Origin: Eledone cirrhosa
Lineage: Eukaryota
Reading direction: 5' to 3'
NCBI GenBank assembly: GCA_964016885.1
Contig: OZ024746.1
Span: 59,830,001 to 59,894,000, forward strand
Length of the DNA: 64,000 bases
The translations under genes were made by a program, and so were the position numbers. This document shows, one piece after another, positions 24,693-37,500 of this stretch. Every line of letters starts with the position of its first letter. Position 1 is the first letter of the stretch. The notes beneath the pieces were generated by a model. The model saw only the letters and a program-made list of their open reading frames with translations. It made no database searches and was not told the DNA's origin.

Positions 24693-24901
24693 ATTAGAAA
24701 ATAGAATAGCTTTCGCCGTATTTTTGACTAAAGGAATTTTAGCCTGATAATGGAGTTTAGAACCCTCAGATAAATGGAAAAAGATGAGTATTGACGTACG
24801 TCAATACTCATTTTTTCCATTTATCTGAGGATTCTAAACCCCATTATCAGGCTAAAATTCCTTTAGTCAAAAATACGGTGAAAACTATTCTATTTTCTAA
24901 T
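24693..24901. repeat. loop-less palindrome, ~105-bp arms
   Basis: Centred on gacgt|acgtc at 24797/24798, between two (TA)n tracts. Confidence 0.9.
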
Positions 24902-24912
24902 ATATATATATA

Positions 24913-27077
24913 TTTCTTTATTAGCCACAGGGGCACAAAAGAAGGGGACAAATACAAAGGGGGAAGTTTACATACAATAAAAACGTGTAAAATGTTATCA
25001 CACATGGAATTTAAAAAGTTAGTCGATTTTCCCCAATAGAGGGAGACAGTTTATATGGGTAACACATACCCCCGAAAAAAAATGTGCAACCCTCATCTCC
25101 AGGAGTACGAAGAGCTTGTACTCCTTTCCTCTCCTCCTCCTTTTCCTCAACCTACAGGCTGATATAGAGAGAAGGCCCATTCACTCGGGCCATTCTCGCC
25201 ACTTTCACCCACCTTTCATAAAACTTGCTGGGGTACAGCACCTCACTCTCCATCCTGATTCTTCTTCCAAAGTGGTATTTGAAAAAAAGAATCAGTTGTT
25301 GGCCGGAGAGAAAGGTGTCTGACCTCAGCCCTTTCAACCTTGTCCACCATACAACCTCTTTCGCCATAGCTATCACACAAAGGAAAACCGCCTCTCCTTC
25401 GTTTTTGAAGGAGGGTGGCGGTTTGATCATGACAATGGACTCGGTGGTCAACTGGATTGGTCCCACCCGCGACAATAGTCGTTCTACATAGCCCCACAGG
25501 TCAGTGACGCCCGGGCAGTGTATGAATGCGTGCGCGACGGTTTCTTCGTCTCGCACGCACCTCGAACAGATCTTTTTTGCAGGGTCCCTGCCCGGGCGCC
25601 CATGTCTGTAGAGCTTGTCTCGAACTGGTAGAGCTCCTCGGTAGCACTGCCAGGCCAGGGACTTTTGGAAGTTGTCCATCGGTCCCGGGCGGAAGGTCCT
25701 ACCGAACAGACTGGCCAGTTCATCTTCCTCTACGCCTAGAGTTTCACCGAGCGCGTCGTCGCACTTGCTGCGGACCAACCCTCTATAGAATGACGAAGTG
25801 GAGTCTCCACTGATCGCCGGGTCCGCCTGCCAGAGGGCTGTGAGCGCCTGAGCACATTCGATGTGCCAGTCGCCCATTTTCCTCGGTCTTTGCTTGACTC
25901 AGGACTGCAGCTCGGTCAGCGAGACAAGTCGTGGGAAGGCTCGCCTCACGAACGGGGCCCACACCGGTTGTCCGGTGAGGAATACGTAGAGATGCCGCAG
26001 CCTGAGCGCGTGTTTGCGCATCGTCAACCACGGCATCCCCAGCCCTCCGTTAGAAGGGTGTTGGCAGCAGATGGATCTTCTCACCAAAGGAGCCCGCCTC
26101 TTCCAAAGGAATCGGAAGAGCGCGCGCTCCATTTTGGCGAGCGTTTTGGCTGGACAAGGCACGACGGTCAAGCGGTAGTAGATGGTGGACGCTATAAAAG
26201 TGTTCGCCACCTCCGCTCGACCTTTCAAGGATAGTTTGCACTCGGCCCACTTCTGGGTGAGTGCAAACACCTTGGCCGTCACTTCGTTCCAGTTCTTCTC
26301 CACCTGGAGGTCCGGACCAAACCAGACCCCGAGCAGCTTTACCGGTCCTTCCGTCCAGCGTCCGACGACGCCATCGGAAGGCATCGGTCTGCCTCTCCAC
26401 GATCCGAGTTGCAAACCGATGGACTTGTCCCGGTTCAGCTTCGCTCCTGTGAGACTTTCGTATTCCTTTAGTAAGGTGCCGACTTCCTCGATTTGCGAGG
26501 CGCTCGACACCATTACTGTCACGTCGTCGGCGTAGGCCGACGCCGCTTTCCGCAGTCCCGGTTCCAGAGGGATGCCCTGCAATAGCTCCAGCTTCCGCAG
26601 TAGTGGCTCGAGAGTCAGTACGTACAGAAGGGAGGAGAGAGGGCATCCCTGTCGAATGGATCGCGTAATATGGAACGGCTCCGAGAGGTAGCCGTTCACC
26701 TTGACCCTTGAGCAGATGTTGCTGTTGTGCATTGCAGCAATCCAGCCCCTGAACACGGGTCCGAAGCCTGCCGCCTCGAGCACCGCATCCAGGTAACGAT
26801 GGTCAACTCTATCGAAAGCCTTAGACTGATCCAAGTTGATCAGGGCCCCACCGAAGCCGGGTTTACACCCTACCCTCTCTATGATGTATCGCATGAGGTG
26901 GAGGTTGTCGTGTATGGACCTGGTCGGGATTGCGCATGTCTGCGCTTCTCCCACCAGGTTCTCGACGACAAGCGCCAGCCTCTTTGCCAACACCTTGGCC
27001 AAAATCTGTAACTCTGTGTTTAGCAGAGTTATGGGCCGGAAGTTGCCTATGTCATCCCCCTTATTCTCGTCAGGCAT
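24913..27077 (-). mobile_element. 5'-truncated L1/Tx1-clade LINE (RT, C-terminal Zn-binding region, 3' UTR)
   Basis: NFRPITLLN, LDQSKAFDRV, RQGCPLS, YADD, then CSRC..ETVAHAFIHC. ORFs 25899..27077 and 25152..25877 are in frame across one stop that is W in the 54310 copy. AATAAA lies just before (TA)n. Confidence 0.9.
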
Positions 27078-27615
27078 ACATTAAGACGGGCGTTCCGGAA
27101 AGTGAAAGTAATTTTTGACAACACTGTGAATTTGTTTGTTTGTTTTTTTACAACAGGTCTCAATAGTGAAAGTTACGATACACACGCAATTGTACGATAC
27201 ACACGCAATTGTATGGATTTCTTAATATATATATATGTGTGGGTGTGTATATGTGTGTATATATGTGTGTACACTGTGAATTTGTTTGTTTATTTACAAC
27301 AGGTCTCTATAGTGATATGGTGTAAATTAGTATTGCGTGTGTGATTATTTTTTCTTTACGTCTAAACCAATGCTTGCGTGGAAGATAGACGTTAAACGAT
27401 GATGATGACACAAACACATATATATATACAAACACACATATATATATACATACAGACACACATATATATACACACATATACACACCCACACATATATATA
27501 TATTAAGAAAGCCATACAATTGCGTGTGTATCGTAACTTTCACTGTAAAAAAAAAAAAAAAATTCACAGTGTTGTCAAAAATTACTTTCACTTTCCGGAA
27601 CGCCCGTCTTAACGT

Positions 27616-27620
<5 letters not shown>
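27073..27620. mobile_element. fold-back / MITE-like element with ~60-bp terminal inverted repeats
   Basis: ggcatac.ttaagacgggcgttccggaaagtgaaag...(27073-27133) is inverted at 27560-27620, with further internal inverted segments. The terminus resembles mariner-type TIRs. Confidence 0.55.
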
Positions 27621-27690
<70 letters not shown>

Positions 27691-27692
<2 letters not shown>

Positions 27693-30277
27693 CGAAGGAA
27701 ATTTGGTAAGGAACCAGATGGACCATAACGCACCAAAGTACTCAATACTTAGGAACGAGTAGGACCCCGACGGCTGAGCTCAAGCCGTTTCGACGGCTAA
27801 TTCTGGACTAAATGAACATTTTTATCCTGGTAAATGAATAGCCGAGCTTCTCAGGGGGTAATTCCATATATGGTAAAAGTGATTGTCACAAGGATTGGTC
27901 AAAAGTTTGTTGTTGAGACACATAATTCTATCATGGCATTTTGTGGAAGGAAGGGGTAGCTGAACTTGCCAGTGGAAGAAAGAGGGAGAGGGAGTGAAGG
28001 AAACCCAGTCGTGAGTTGAAAGTGACGACTACAGCAGAATCCTAAGGATAAGAGGTCAAGGGGGGAGGGGGGATGTCGAAACAATAAGTAGATCTATATG
28101 GAGTAAATCTATATAGAAAAATAAGAATGTTAAAAATATAAAAAAACACAATTTCTGGTTACTATTCCCCTACCACAATCATCAAATCTCTCACTGGTAC
28201 TGCTAAACTATAGAAAAGTTTAATAGGTGGGACAGGATACTAAATACGAGATTGTAGTGAAAGAATTTTATGAGTTAGTAGTACTCGGCCTAATCTATCT
28301 TACAATGACAGGTCAACAAGTAGGGGGCCAAAATAATTTTTAAAAAACCTAATACGAAATAATAATTCAGAGTCCCGAAACTACTACGAAATATTAATTC
28401 AGAATCCCGAAAATGAATACGACATATAAGAGTACCGCTACAATACATAAATTCTAAGGCAAACTACATAAATGCTCGTACGATATCTAAGAAAAGATTA
28501 ATACGAAAAATTAATTCAGAATCCCCCCACCCACCCCATTGGGGCTACGGAGGACCGAAGGCCTGCCTCGGGGTGGGCGAGAAGGTGAAAAGAACGACGA
28601 CAAAGAAGGAGAACTGGGGTGGAAGGACTAGGAAGGGATGGGGGAAGTGTAGAGGAGACGATAAAAAATATATAAGAAAATCTTACGTCTACCTTTGTAA
28701 GCAGGGGTTACCCATTACAAAGTCGGCAAGTGGGGTGTTACAGAACATGTCTAACCCCCCCCCCCCCCGGTCATTATGGGGTTTAAGGGCGAGGTAAGTC
28801 CTACGCAATCTGTGTTTGCATGCAATTACCAGTTCGTCTCTCTTGTTTAGGAGTTGGTCCGTCGAAAACACCATTTGTAATGTTTCCTCCGAGCATAAGT
28901 TACACGGACGGCGTCCTCCCGTGTAAGAGTTGGCTCTGGACAGTAAGCTCCAAGTGAGATTATAGGTTATATTGTTTTCTTTGAGGTCCCAGATATGGCC
29001 CGAAAGTGTAGTGGCGTGACGCCGGGCCGGGTTTCGGAAAGTATGTCTGTGTTGGTATAGCCGGGTCTTGAAGTCACATGCGGTTAATCCTATATAAGCT
29101 TTGTTGGAGGTGTCCGTCCTCACGTTGCACTGATAGAGGGGGAAAATGGATCCAACAGGACAGTTACACCTCCTGGTAGGCTCTCCACTGCTATCGAGGT
29201 TATTTCTTCCATAGCGGTTGAGTTTTTTGTTGTTAGAGGAGACGATGTTTTGTGCAAAGTTAGGTGTGGTGCTGTAGGAGAGTTTGATGGTATTTTTGTT
29301 GATTATGTTGTGGTAGCGGTGTTGTAGTGGGAAGTGTTTTTCGATGAGCCTAAAGAAGATTTTCCCGATAAGTGTTGTCACCTCGGCGTTGTGAGGGAGG
29401 ATTGAACCATGTTACGTTGCGTGAGCGGAGGTGTCGCCTGCTGGTTCCGCTAATGGAAGCTGGACAGTAGAATATTTCCTCGCGGAAGCCACTCCGCTTG
29501 AGGGCCTGGTTGTAATAAGGCGCATGTTCCTCGAATATCTGCTCATTAGCGGACAAACGAGATATGCGGAGGGAAATGTTTTTAACCAGGTTATTGGTGA
29601 TGTTTCTATGATGGTTTGACCTACGGTGGATGTAGTGCAGGTTATCGTTTGGTTTCCTGTATGGGTAGTACAGATCATTATCGAGGTCAAGGGTAACGTC
29701 CAGGAAGTTTACTCGGGTTAGGGACGTTTGTAGGGTTAATTTAAATCCCCAGTCGCGGAAGAAGCTGATTAATTATTTCCGCACACGGTCTGTACTACTG
29801 GAGTTGTATCCTTTAAGGGTAAGGAGCCCATCATCACGGTACAATCCACCGCCGAATGCAGGAAACATATCGGTGAGTTTAAATAGTAGAAATAATCCTA
29901 TAAGATCTGTGGCCTCGGCCGAATCCGTCGCGCACATACTGACGTCGAAGGGAGAGTCGGGAGCTCTCTTTATCCATTTGGAGTTGTCGAAAAGTAGGAC
30001 TGTCTTCCAGGCGTGGAGGATGATATTTCTTTCCTGGTCGGTGATGGGCGCAAGTGTCTCGGCAAAGTCCAAGGCGGCCGTAAGGAGCGGTAAGGTAATT
30101 GAAGCATAGTAACTCTCTATGTCAAACTGGATGAATTTTGTGTCTCATTTGTCCTCCATATTGTTGAACCATGAGATTACTTCCTGGGAGTTGACCCATA
30201 GGCTAAGTCTGGCGTTTTGCTTAACTTTTGGTATAACGTGGTCTAGGATTTTTTTACTGATTCTCCCTATGTCGGAC
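27691..30277 (-). mobile_element. decayed PLE (third family), 5'-truncated, frameshifted RT + GIY-YIG with ~1-kb 3' UTR
   Basis: Fragments PSDIGRISKKILD, GGGLYRDDGL, YYNQAL..SG, VTWFNPP, IKLSYSTTPN, RCNCP, AYIGLT, CNLCSEE, CKHRLR are collinear with the 819-aa ORF. Confidence 0.88.
27764..27859 (-). ncRNA. decayed type-I hammerhead with long stem II and full stem III (family G)
   Basis: Minus strand: acccc-CTGAGAA(core mutated)-gctcggcta...tagccgtc-GAAA-cggct[tgagctc]agccg-TC-ggggt; sits at the 3' end of the third PLE. Confidence 0.6.
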
Positions 30278-30403
30278 GGACGGATAGACACATACATACA
30301 GACATACATACACACACAGATACATATATACAGACACACACAGACACACACACACATCCATACACTCTCACACTCACAGACACACACACACACACACACA
30401 CAT

Positions 30404-30438
<35 letters not shown>

Positions 30439-30741
30439 CGGATAGTTTTAACGTACGGCTTTGTTTGACTCAACAAGATGTTACTCTTCATTCTTTAACT
30501 ATATATATATATATATATATTTGTGTATATGTGTATGGAGATATATTGTAAGAATGTATACGTTTACGTACTATTATGTATATGCGTGTGTTTGGGTGTG
30601 TGTATGTTCTCGATATTTATTTATATATTTATTTATATATTTTTTTCTCCTCAATTTTTTGCCCGTTATTTGATTTCAGCCTCACTTTCATATTTCCTAA
30701 ATTTTGTTTTCAAATCCATATTCAATAAACATACCATGTTA

Positions 30742-30803
30742 TTCTTTCTGACCACTGAAGACAGATATAAATATCTGTCTTCAAGAAACCACTGGTAAAT
30801 GAA
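30742..30803 (+). ncRNA. decayed hammerhead (family F)
   Basis: ttcttt-CTGACCA-c-tgaagacagatat[aa]atatctgtcttca-a-GAAA-ccactgg-TA-aatgaa; core G8 is mutated. Confidence 0.55.
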
Positions 30804-30869
30804 TGAATTATCTTATGTTCTTTATTACATAGCTATATATATATATGTGTGTGTACGTATATATATATA

Positions 30870-30901
<32 letters not shown>

Positions 30902-30919
30902 GTGTGTATATATATAGAG

Positions 30920-31672
30920 TATAGTGTAGTACCAGGGACTGGGTTTCTTGGAGATTGTGGGTGGTGTATATAGACTGGTGTAGTGGGTGTATATAGTGGT
31001 GTAGTGGGTGTATAGTGTAGTACCCGGGACTGGGTTTCTTGGAGACTGTGGGTGGTGTATATAGACTGGTGTAGTGGGTGTATATAGTGGTGTAGTGGGT
31101 GTATAGTGTAGTACCAGGGACTGGGTTTCTTGGAGACTGTGGGTGGTGTATATAGACTGGTGTAGTGGGTGTATATAGTGATGTAGTGGGTGTATAGTGT
31201 AGTACCAGGGACTGGGTTTCTTGGAGACTGTGGGTGGTGTATAGTGTAGTGGAGTATCAGGGACTGGGTTTCTTTGAGACTGTGGGTGGTGTATATAGTG
31301 GTGTAGTGGGTGTATAGTACCAGGGACTGGGTTTCTTGGAGACTGTGGGTGGTGTATATAGACTGGTGTAGTGGGTGTATATAGTGGTGTAGTGGGTGTA
31401 TATAGTGATGTAGTGGGTGTATAGTGTAGTACCAGGGACTGGGTTTCTAGGAGACTGTGGGTGGTGTATATAGACTGGTGTAGTGGGTGTATAGTGTAGT
31501 ACCAGGGACTGGGTTTCTTGGAGACTGTGGGTGGTGTATATAGACTGGTGTAGTGGGTGTATATAGTGGTGTATAGTGTAGTACCAGAGACTGGGTTTCT
31601 GGGAGACTGTGGGTGGTGTATATAGACTGGTGTAGTGTGGTACCAGGGACTGGGTTTCTTGGGGAGATTGTG
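30920..31672. repeat. minisatellite, ~10 copies of a ~40-bp core with variable tagtg-based spacers
   Basis: Core accagggactgggtttcttggagactgtgggtggtgtata starts near 30931, 31022, 31113, 31204, 31257, 31319, 31431, 31501, 31583 and 31642. Confidence 0.9.
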
Positions 31673-31934
31673 GAGAGGTGGATGTATATAGTAGTGGAGT
31701 GAGTGTATAGTGTGGTGTGGTATAGAGTGGTATATAGTGTGATGAGTGTATGTGTATATATTTATATATGTATATATATATGTGTGTGTAGGTACATATA
31801 GATGTATGGTTCTGGTGGATGTAGAGTGGTGGGTGTATATATATATGTGTGTGTGTATATATAGAGAGAGATTGTTATGTATATAATGTGTGCATATAGA
31901 TGGATGTGTATATAGATAGGTGAGTGTCTATGTG

Positions 31935-31973
<39 letters not shown>

Positions 31974-32028
31974 TATATATATATGTGTGTTTGTGTGTAT
32001 ATGTATGTATGTATATGTATAAGTATAG

Positions 32029-32060
<32 letters not shown>

Positions 32061-32315
32061 ATAAGCACAGACTGCCTTTCTTCTGAGGCTGGGTCTGGTA
32101 TATGTATATATGTTTGTATATATATATATATATTGATATATATATTGATATATGCATGTGTGTACAGGCGTTTCCTGTCACTGATGAATATATATATATA
32201 TATATATATATACACACTATTTCCTGCTTCTTATCTCAATTAATTTATTAGATTAAAAAATGTTTTAGGAAATATTTATTAATATATATAGACACACATA
32301 CATACACATATATAT

Positions 32316-32350
<35 letters not shown>

Positions 32351-32394
32351 GACATACATACACACATATATATTTGGGTCTGTGTGTATATATA

Positions 32395-32533
<139 letters not shown>

Positions 32534-32681
32534 CTCTATATCTATACAGGGTGTCCCAAAAAATGAATACACACTTCAAAAACATTCTAACACATTTCGT
32601 CACACATTTTCTGACCTCCTCAGTGACTACACCATCGTGATGGTGTAGGACACAACAAAGGGAACACAAAATAAAAACATA

Positions 32682-32724
32682 GTCACTGAGGAGGTCACAG
32701 AATGTGTGACGAAAGAGCTTTGAA
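32682..32724 (+). ncRNA. minimal hammerhead (family A) with an inverted partial copy at 32595-32627
   Basis: gtca-CTGAGGA-g-gtcaca[gaatg]tgtgac-GAAA-gagc-TT-tgaa. Confidence 0.65.
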
Positions 32725-32945
32725 CCAACCAACTAACCGGTAACTTTCAATAAATTGACGTGAAAACCAACGGTAGTGTGTTTTTTTATTGGCAGCATGG
32801 CCCTTCCAAAGTATAACAATATCTGTTTCAACACACGTTTTCAGATAAGAAATCTTGCAAAACACATTCATAAACGAATATATATGGTTTCTGTAGGAAT
32901 GGTAAAGGAAAAGAGAGTGCTGTATGTAGGCTACACAGCTTTTTA

Positions 32946-33014
<69 letters not shown>

Positions 33015-33086
33015 ATATTAAATAAATGTAAACTATATTTAGAGAGCAGAGAGCCGAAACGAATACCATACTTAACCACGTACACA

Positions 33087-33720
33087 ATAACTGTTTCTAC
33101 ATTAGGCACAAGACCAGCAATTTGAAGGGCGAGGAAAGTCGATTAAATCGACTCCAGTATGTTACTGGTACTTTATTTTATCGACACCGATTGGATGAAA
33201 GCCAATCCTAACCTCGACAAGATTTGAACTCAGGACTTAAAGGCCCGTAACTCTCTGCCGCGAAGCAAGGTGTCCGACTCTCTACCGATACTGTAAGATG
33301 AACTGTACTTGTAATTCAATGTGCCAACTTTATCACATACACTGCCTGAGAATTACATCAAAGAATTACATCTGTGGACTATTCAATCACTGATGGGTTT
33401 ATTTCATGAGCATGCTGTTCCATTGTCCGGATAGCCGGAACACGTAACGTCAGAATAGACGGAACTCCAACACAACAACATTTTATTATAGTTTGTTCTT
33501 ATTTTTGTTTGTTCTTAGAACCTCAAAGAGTCGTATTTTAAAGATGAAATATTTGATAGTCATTAGAAGGTCACATGCAATGTTTAGCAGTATTCGTTCT
33601 GGTTATCTGTGCTCTGAGTTCAAATTCCGCCGAGATTAACTTTGCCTTACATCTTTTCAAGATTGATAAAAAAATTAAAAAAAACTCCCAGTCCATTAAT
33701 GGAGTCGATTATTCTATATT
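33087..33720. mobile_element. cluster of diverged SINE pieces (Deu/Nin-domain family and a second family)
   Basis: ggcacaag...gtcgattaaatcgac...actggtactttattttatcgac...ggatgaaag motif shared with 56154-56335 and 57040-57585. Confidence 0.65.
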
Positions 33721-33729
33721 TCTTTCTCA

Positions 33730-34315
<586 letters not shown>

Positions 34316-35081
34316 TCCCTGGAAGAAATCGACTATGTTCAGATTCAGACATGAAGAGGGCAGGCCACCGCCATGTTTAAATCAGAAGTTACGAGTTCAT
34401 ACATTCCTGCTACTACCACTACTAGCATAGCTACTCCTACCACTTCAACTAACGCTACTACCACCACCACTACTACTAATTATTGCGTTAACGTATTTCT
34501 AATAATTGAATCAGCCATTACTGTTGCTGTTCTTGCTGTTATCGGTTTTACTGCTGTTGTTGTTTTTGAAATATTTTTGTTTGACGCACCTACGAGTATA
34601 ATTGTATTTTCGTACTAATTTACAAATATAATCTTCACAATTATATATATCTTTCGAAAGAATCGGAGCCAGTTTTAAAAGATGGCGGAGAAGAAGAAGA
34701 AGAAGAAGAAGAAGAAGAAGAAGAAGAAGAAGAAGAAGAAGAAGAAGAAGAAGAAGAAGAAGAAGAAGAAGAAGAAGAAGAAGAAGAAGAAGAAGAAGAA
34801 GAAGAAGACTAATGATATTGATAATGAAATAAAATTTAGTGATAATTGTAATACTCATCAAAAGGTATTCATGACACATTAAACAAAAATAAAGAGAAAA
34901 ATAATAATAAAAACAACAAAAATATTTAAATATTTTTCAAAGTATTTTTAGAATTTAAATAGTTCTTGATAGTTTAATTGTCAAATTTATTCAATAATTT
35001 TCAGATTTTTCGTGAAGATAATTAAGCAATTTAAATTAAATTATATTATGCTACTAATTACTCATAATAATAATAATAATA

Positions 35082-35129
<48 letters not shown>

Positions 35130-35343
35130 ATCATCCTAGGTAGGAAATCGTATTATCGTGAGTTCCACAAGGTTTGTTGTTTTCAGTTGTTTCAAATTGC
35201 CAGTTATGGAAAATTTTTGTTGTTAAGTGTTTATAAGTTCACGTATATTGCTTTCTGAAAAGGACACTCAATAATATTGAGGCCTTGAGCCCAAAATTTA
35301 AACTTTTATATTTATCAAACAAAAAATTTTCTTTGAAAAAAAG

Positions 35344-37400
35344 ATGGACGGCTTTCAGCCACCCAATTCTGCTGACAGCGTTTCTAACAGACTAACATCT
35401 CCCACCACCACCACCATTGTAAACCTTGCTACGGCTGAAAATATAAGTAATAGCAGTGGCAATTATTTAGATTTGTCACATGCAGACATGGATTTCCCGC
35501 CATTACCAATGTCTGCAGGTGTTAAAGCCACCACCTCCACCACCACAATGTCAAAAAGAACAACCAATACCACTGATACCACCAACACCGCCACAGCAAT
35601 AAAGTCTAAAGTCTTCTTAAGCCAGAAGGCTCATTTGGCCGGTGCTTATCCCGGTTTCATGGCGTGAAGCGACTGAGAGTACAAGACTCCCCCCTAGACA
35701 GGACGCCAGTCCATCGCAGGGTTAAACCTCCTTCTATTGCTGGTACTCATTTTCAGCTGAGTATACTGGAGCAACGTGAAATGAAATGTTTTGCTCAAGA
35801 ACACAACACGCAGCCCAAGAATCGAACCCACGACATTATGATCGTAAGTCCAATACTCTTACCACTAGGGCACGTGCCTCCACCCACAGCAATAACTGAA
35901 ACAAAAAATAAATTATCTCGTGATATCGAAATGGATTCTCCGAAAATCGACTCTTCCACGCCGAACGCCACTAATACAATCACCACCACCACCACAACTG
36001 AAACTAAAAATAATAATAACAAAAATAACAATAACAACAACAGCAACAACAGCAACAATAAGAATAACAACAACAACATCAACACCAGCGCAAAACCAAA
36101 TGTGTCGTTTGCTAAAGCGGCCAACAAAAATGAAACGGTTGAAATAAGCCAGGAAGAATTGAATGAAGCCAAGCGAATGGTAAAAAAATATTGTTACAGG
36201 GTCAGCCTTCCACCACCCCCCACCCCAGCCAGAGAGCACTCCATGGCCCCATTAAAAAGTGACGAGTTCACACTCGTCTCAAGCTATTGCGGTCAGAGAC
36301 TGGTAAGGATCAGGGTGACCCAGGTTCTGCCGGCCATTGAAATTCCCTGGCTAATGGCTGCCGTCCTCGCCGACATGGCGGCCACACTAAAGTATTTGAG
36401 GTGATAAAAGTAAAGCAGGATAACTGGTCCGGGTCTGGGATGGAGCTCCTGATCCAAGCGGACCAAAAAAACATACAGGAAATTCCAGAGGTAATAGACC
36501 TCAATGACGGCAGCCACCTCACCGTAATCGTTGAGGGTAGAAGGCCTAGGTGTGTCATTTGTGGCGACGGAACCGACCTAAAGGCTTTCTGCCCTCAGGC
36601 TAAAAGGTTGAGGCCACTTCTCCTACCCACCCAGTGACTCAACCATCAAAACCAGCAGCAGAAATGGCAGCAACAACAGAAGCAACTGTAGCAGCAACAA
36701 CCCCAGCAACTGTAGCAGCAACAGTAGCAAAACCAACACCACTACCACCCACCGCGCCAGAATTAGCACCAGCGCCTCCACCATCCACCACACCACAACC
36801 GAAACCAACGCCTGTGGAGGATTTTCCACTCCCCGACCTCTCGCAACTGGAGACAGATTTTGACGACGGGGAAGAGTGGAAAACTGTATCTGGAAAAAAA
36901 TTTAAAAAAATAAACCAAAAAAGAAAATGATCCACTTTCTTCGCCCTCCAAAAACAAAATGCAGGGCGAAGCAAACAAACAAACTAACAAAAAAGTTAAG
37001 ACAGCTATGTCACCACCCACACCAGCATCACCAGCCCCATCACCACAAACACCAACACCATCACCATCATTAACCCCAACACCACCATCACTAACACCAC
37101 AAAAAGCACCAACAAGCGAAACAGAAACAAATCCACAACAAACGCAAACAAACAAAGCAACCAAAACAATACACACTACACAGCATTAAATTTGAACAAC
37201 CAATTATTACACTACATCCAACACAACACCAGCATCACAGAAAAAGACTATACAACACCCCAAAAATTCACACCACCCTCCACACATACAAATCACTCGC
37301 ATCACACAGAAAACGTACACGACACTAAAATTAAAATTCCCCAAGGACATCGGAGACTTCCGACAAACGCTCTCCAGGAGGATTTATAAAGACATCCTTC
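35344..37400 (+). pseudogene. disrupted ORF1 of an L1/Tx1-type LINE
   Basis: Frame from ATG 35344 becomes continuous to 36404 once the SINE is removed. Contains SFAKAA, a degenerate zinc knuckle RRPRCVICGDGTDLKAFCP, EWKTV..KK and Pro/Thr-rich tracts; lies directly upstream of ORF2. Confidence 0.65.
35603..35883 (-). mobile_element. full-length tRNA-derived SINE with a 12-bp TSD
   Basis: Minus-strand A-box (gtgccctagtgg) and B-box (ggttcgattc). TSD ccacagcaataa at 35591-35602 and 35884-35895. Confidence 0.85.
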
Positions 37401-37500
37401 CGGAGGGGGCCACAAGCAGTGAGAAGGACGGAAATCCCATCCTTCCTCCACAAGAAGTGAGGTAAGTGGTCTTTCCTATCTTTTTCCACTCCTTTTCAAC

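Noticed and set aside
25899-25901. In-frame TGA in the LINE ORF2 as recoding
   Set aside because: The paralogous copy has TGG here; it is a simple nonsense mutation.
30920-31672. CRISPR-like repeat-spacer array
   Set aside because: Spacers are repetitive modules rather than unique sequences; eukaryotic context with no cas genes.
32545-32580. Tc1/mariner TIR-like tacagggtgtccc
   Set aside because: Single short end with no partner TIR or transposase nearby.
35800-35883. tRNA gene
   Set aside because: The A/B boxes belong to a SINE head with TSDs; no intact cloverleaf.
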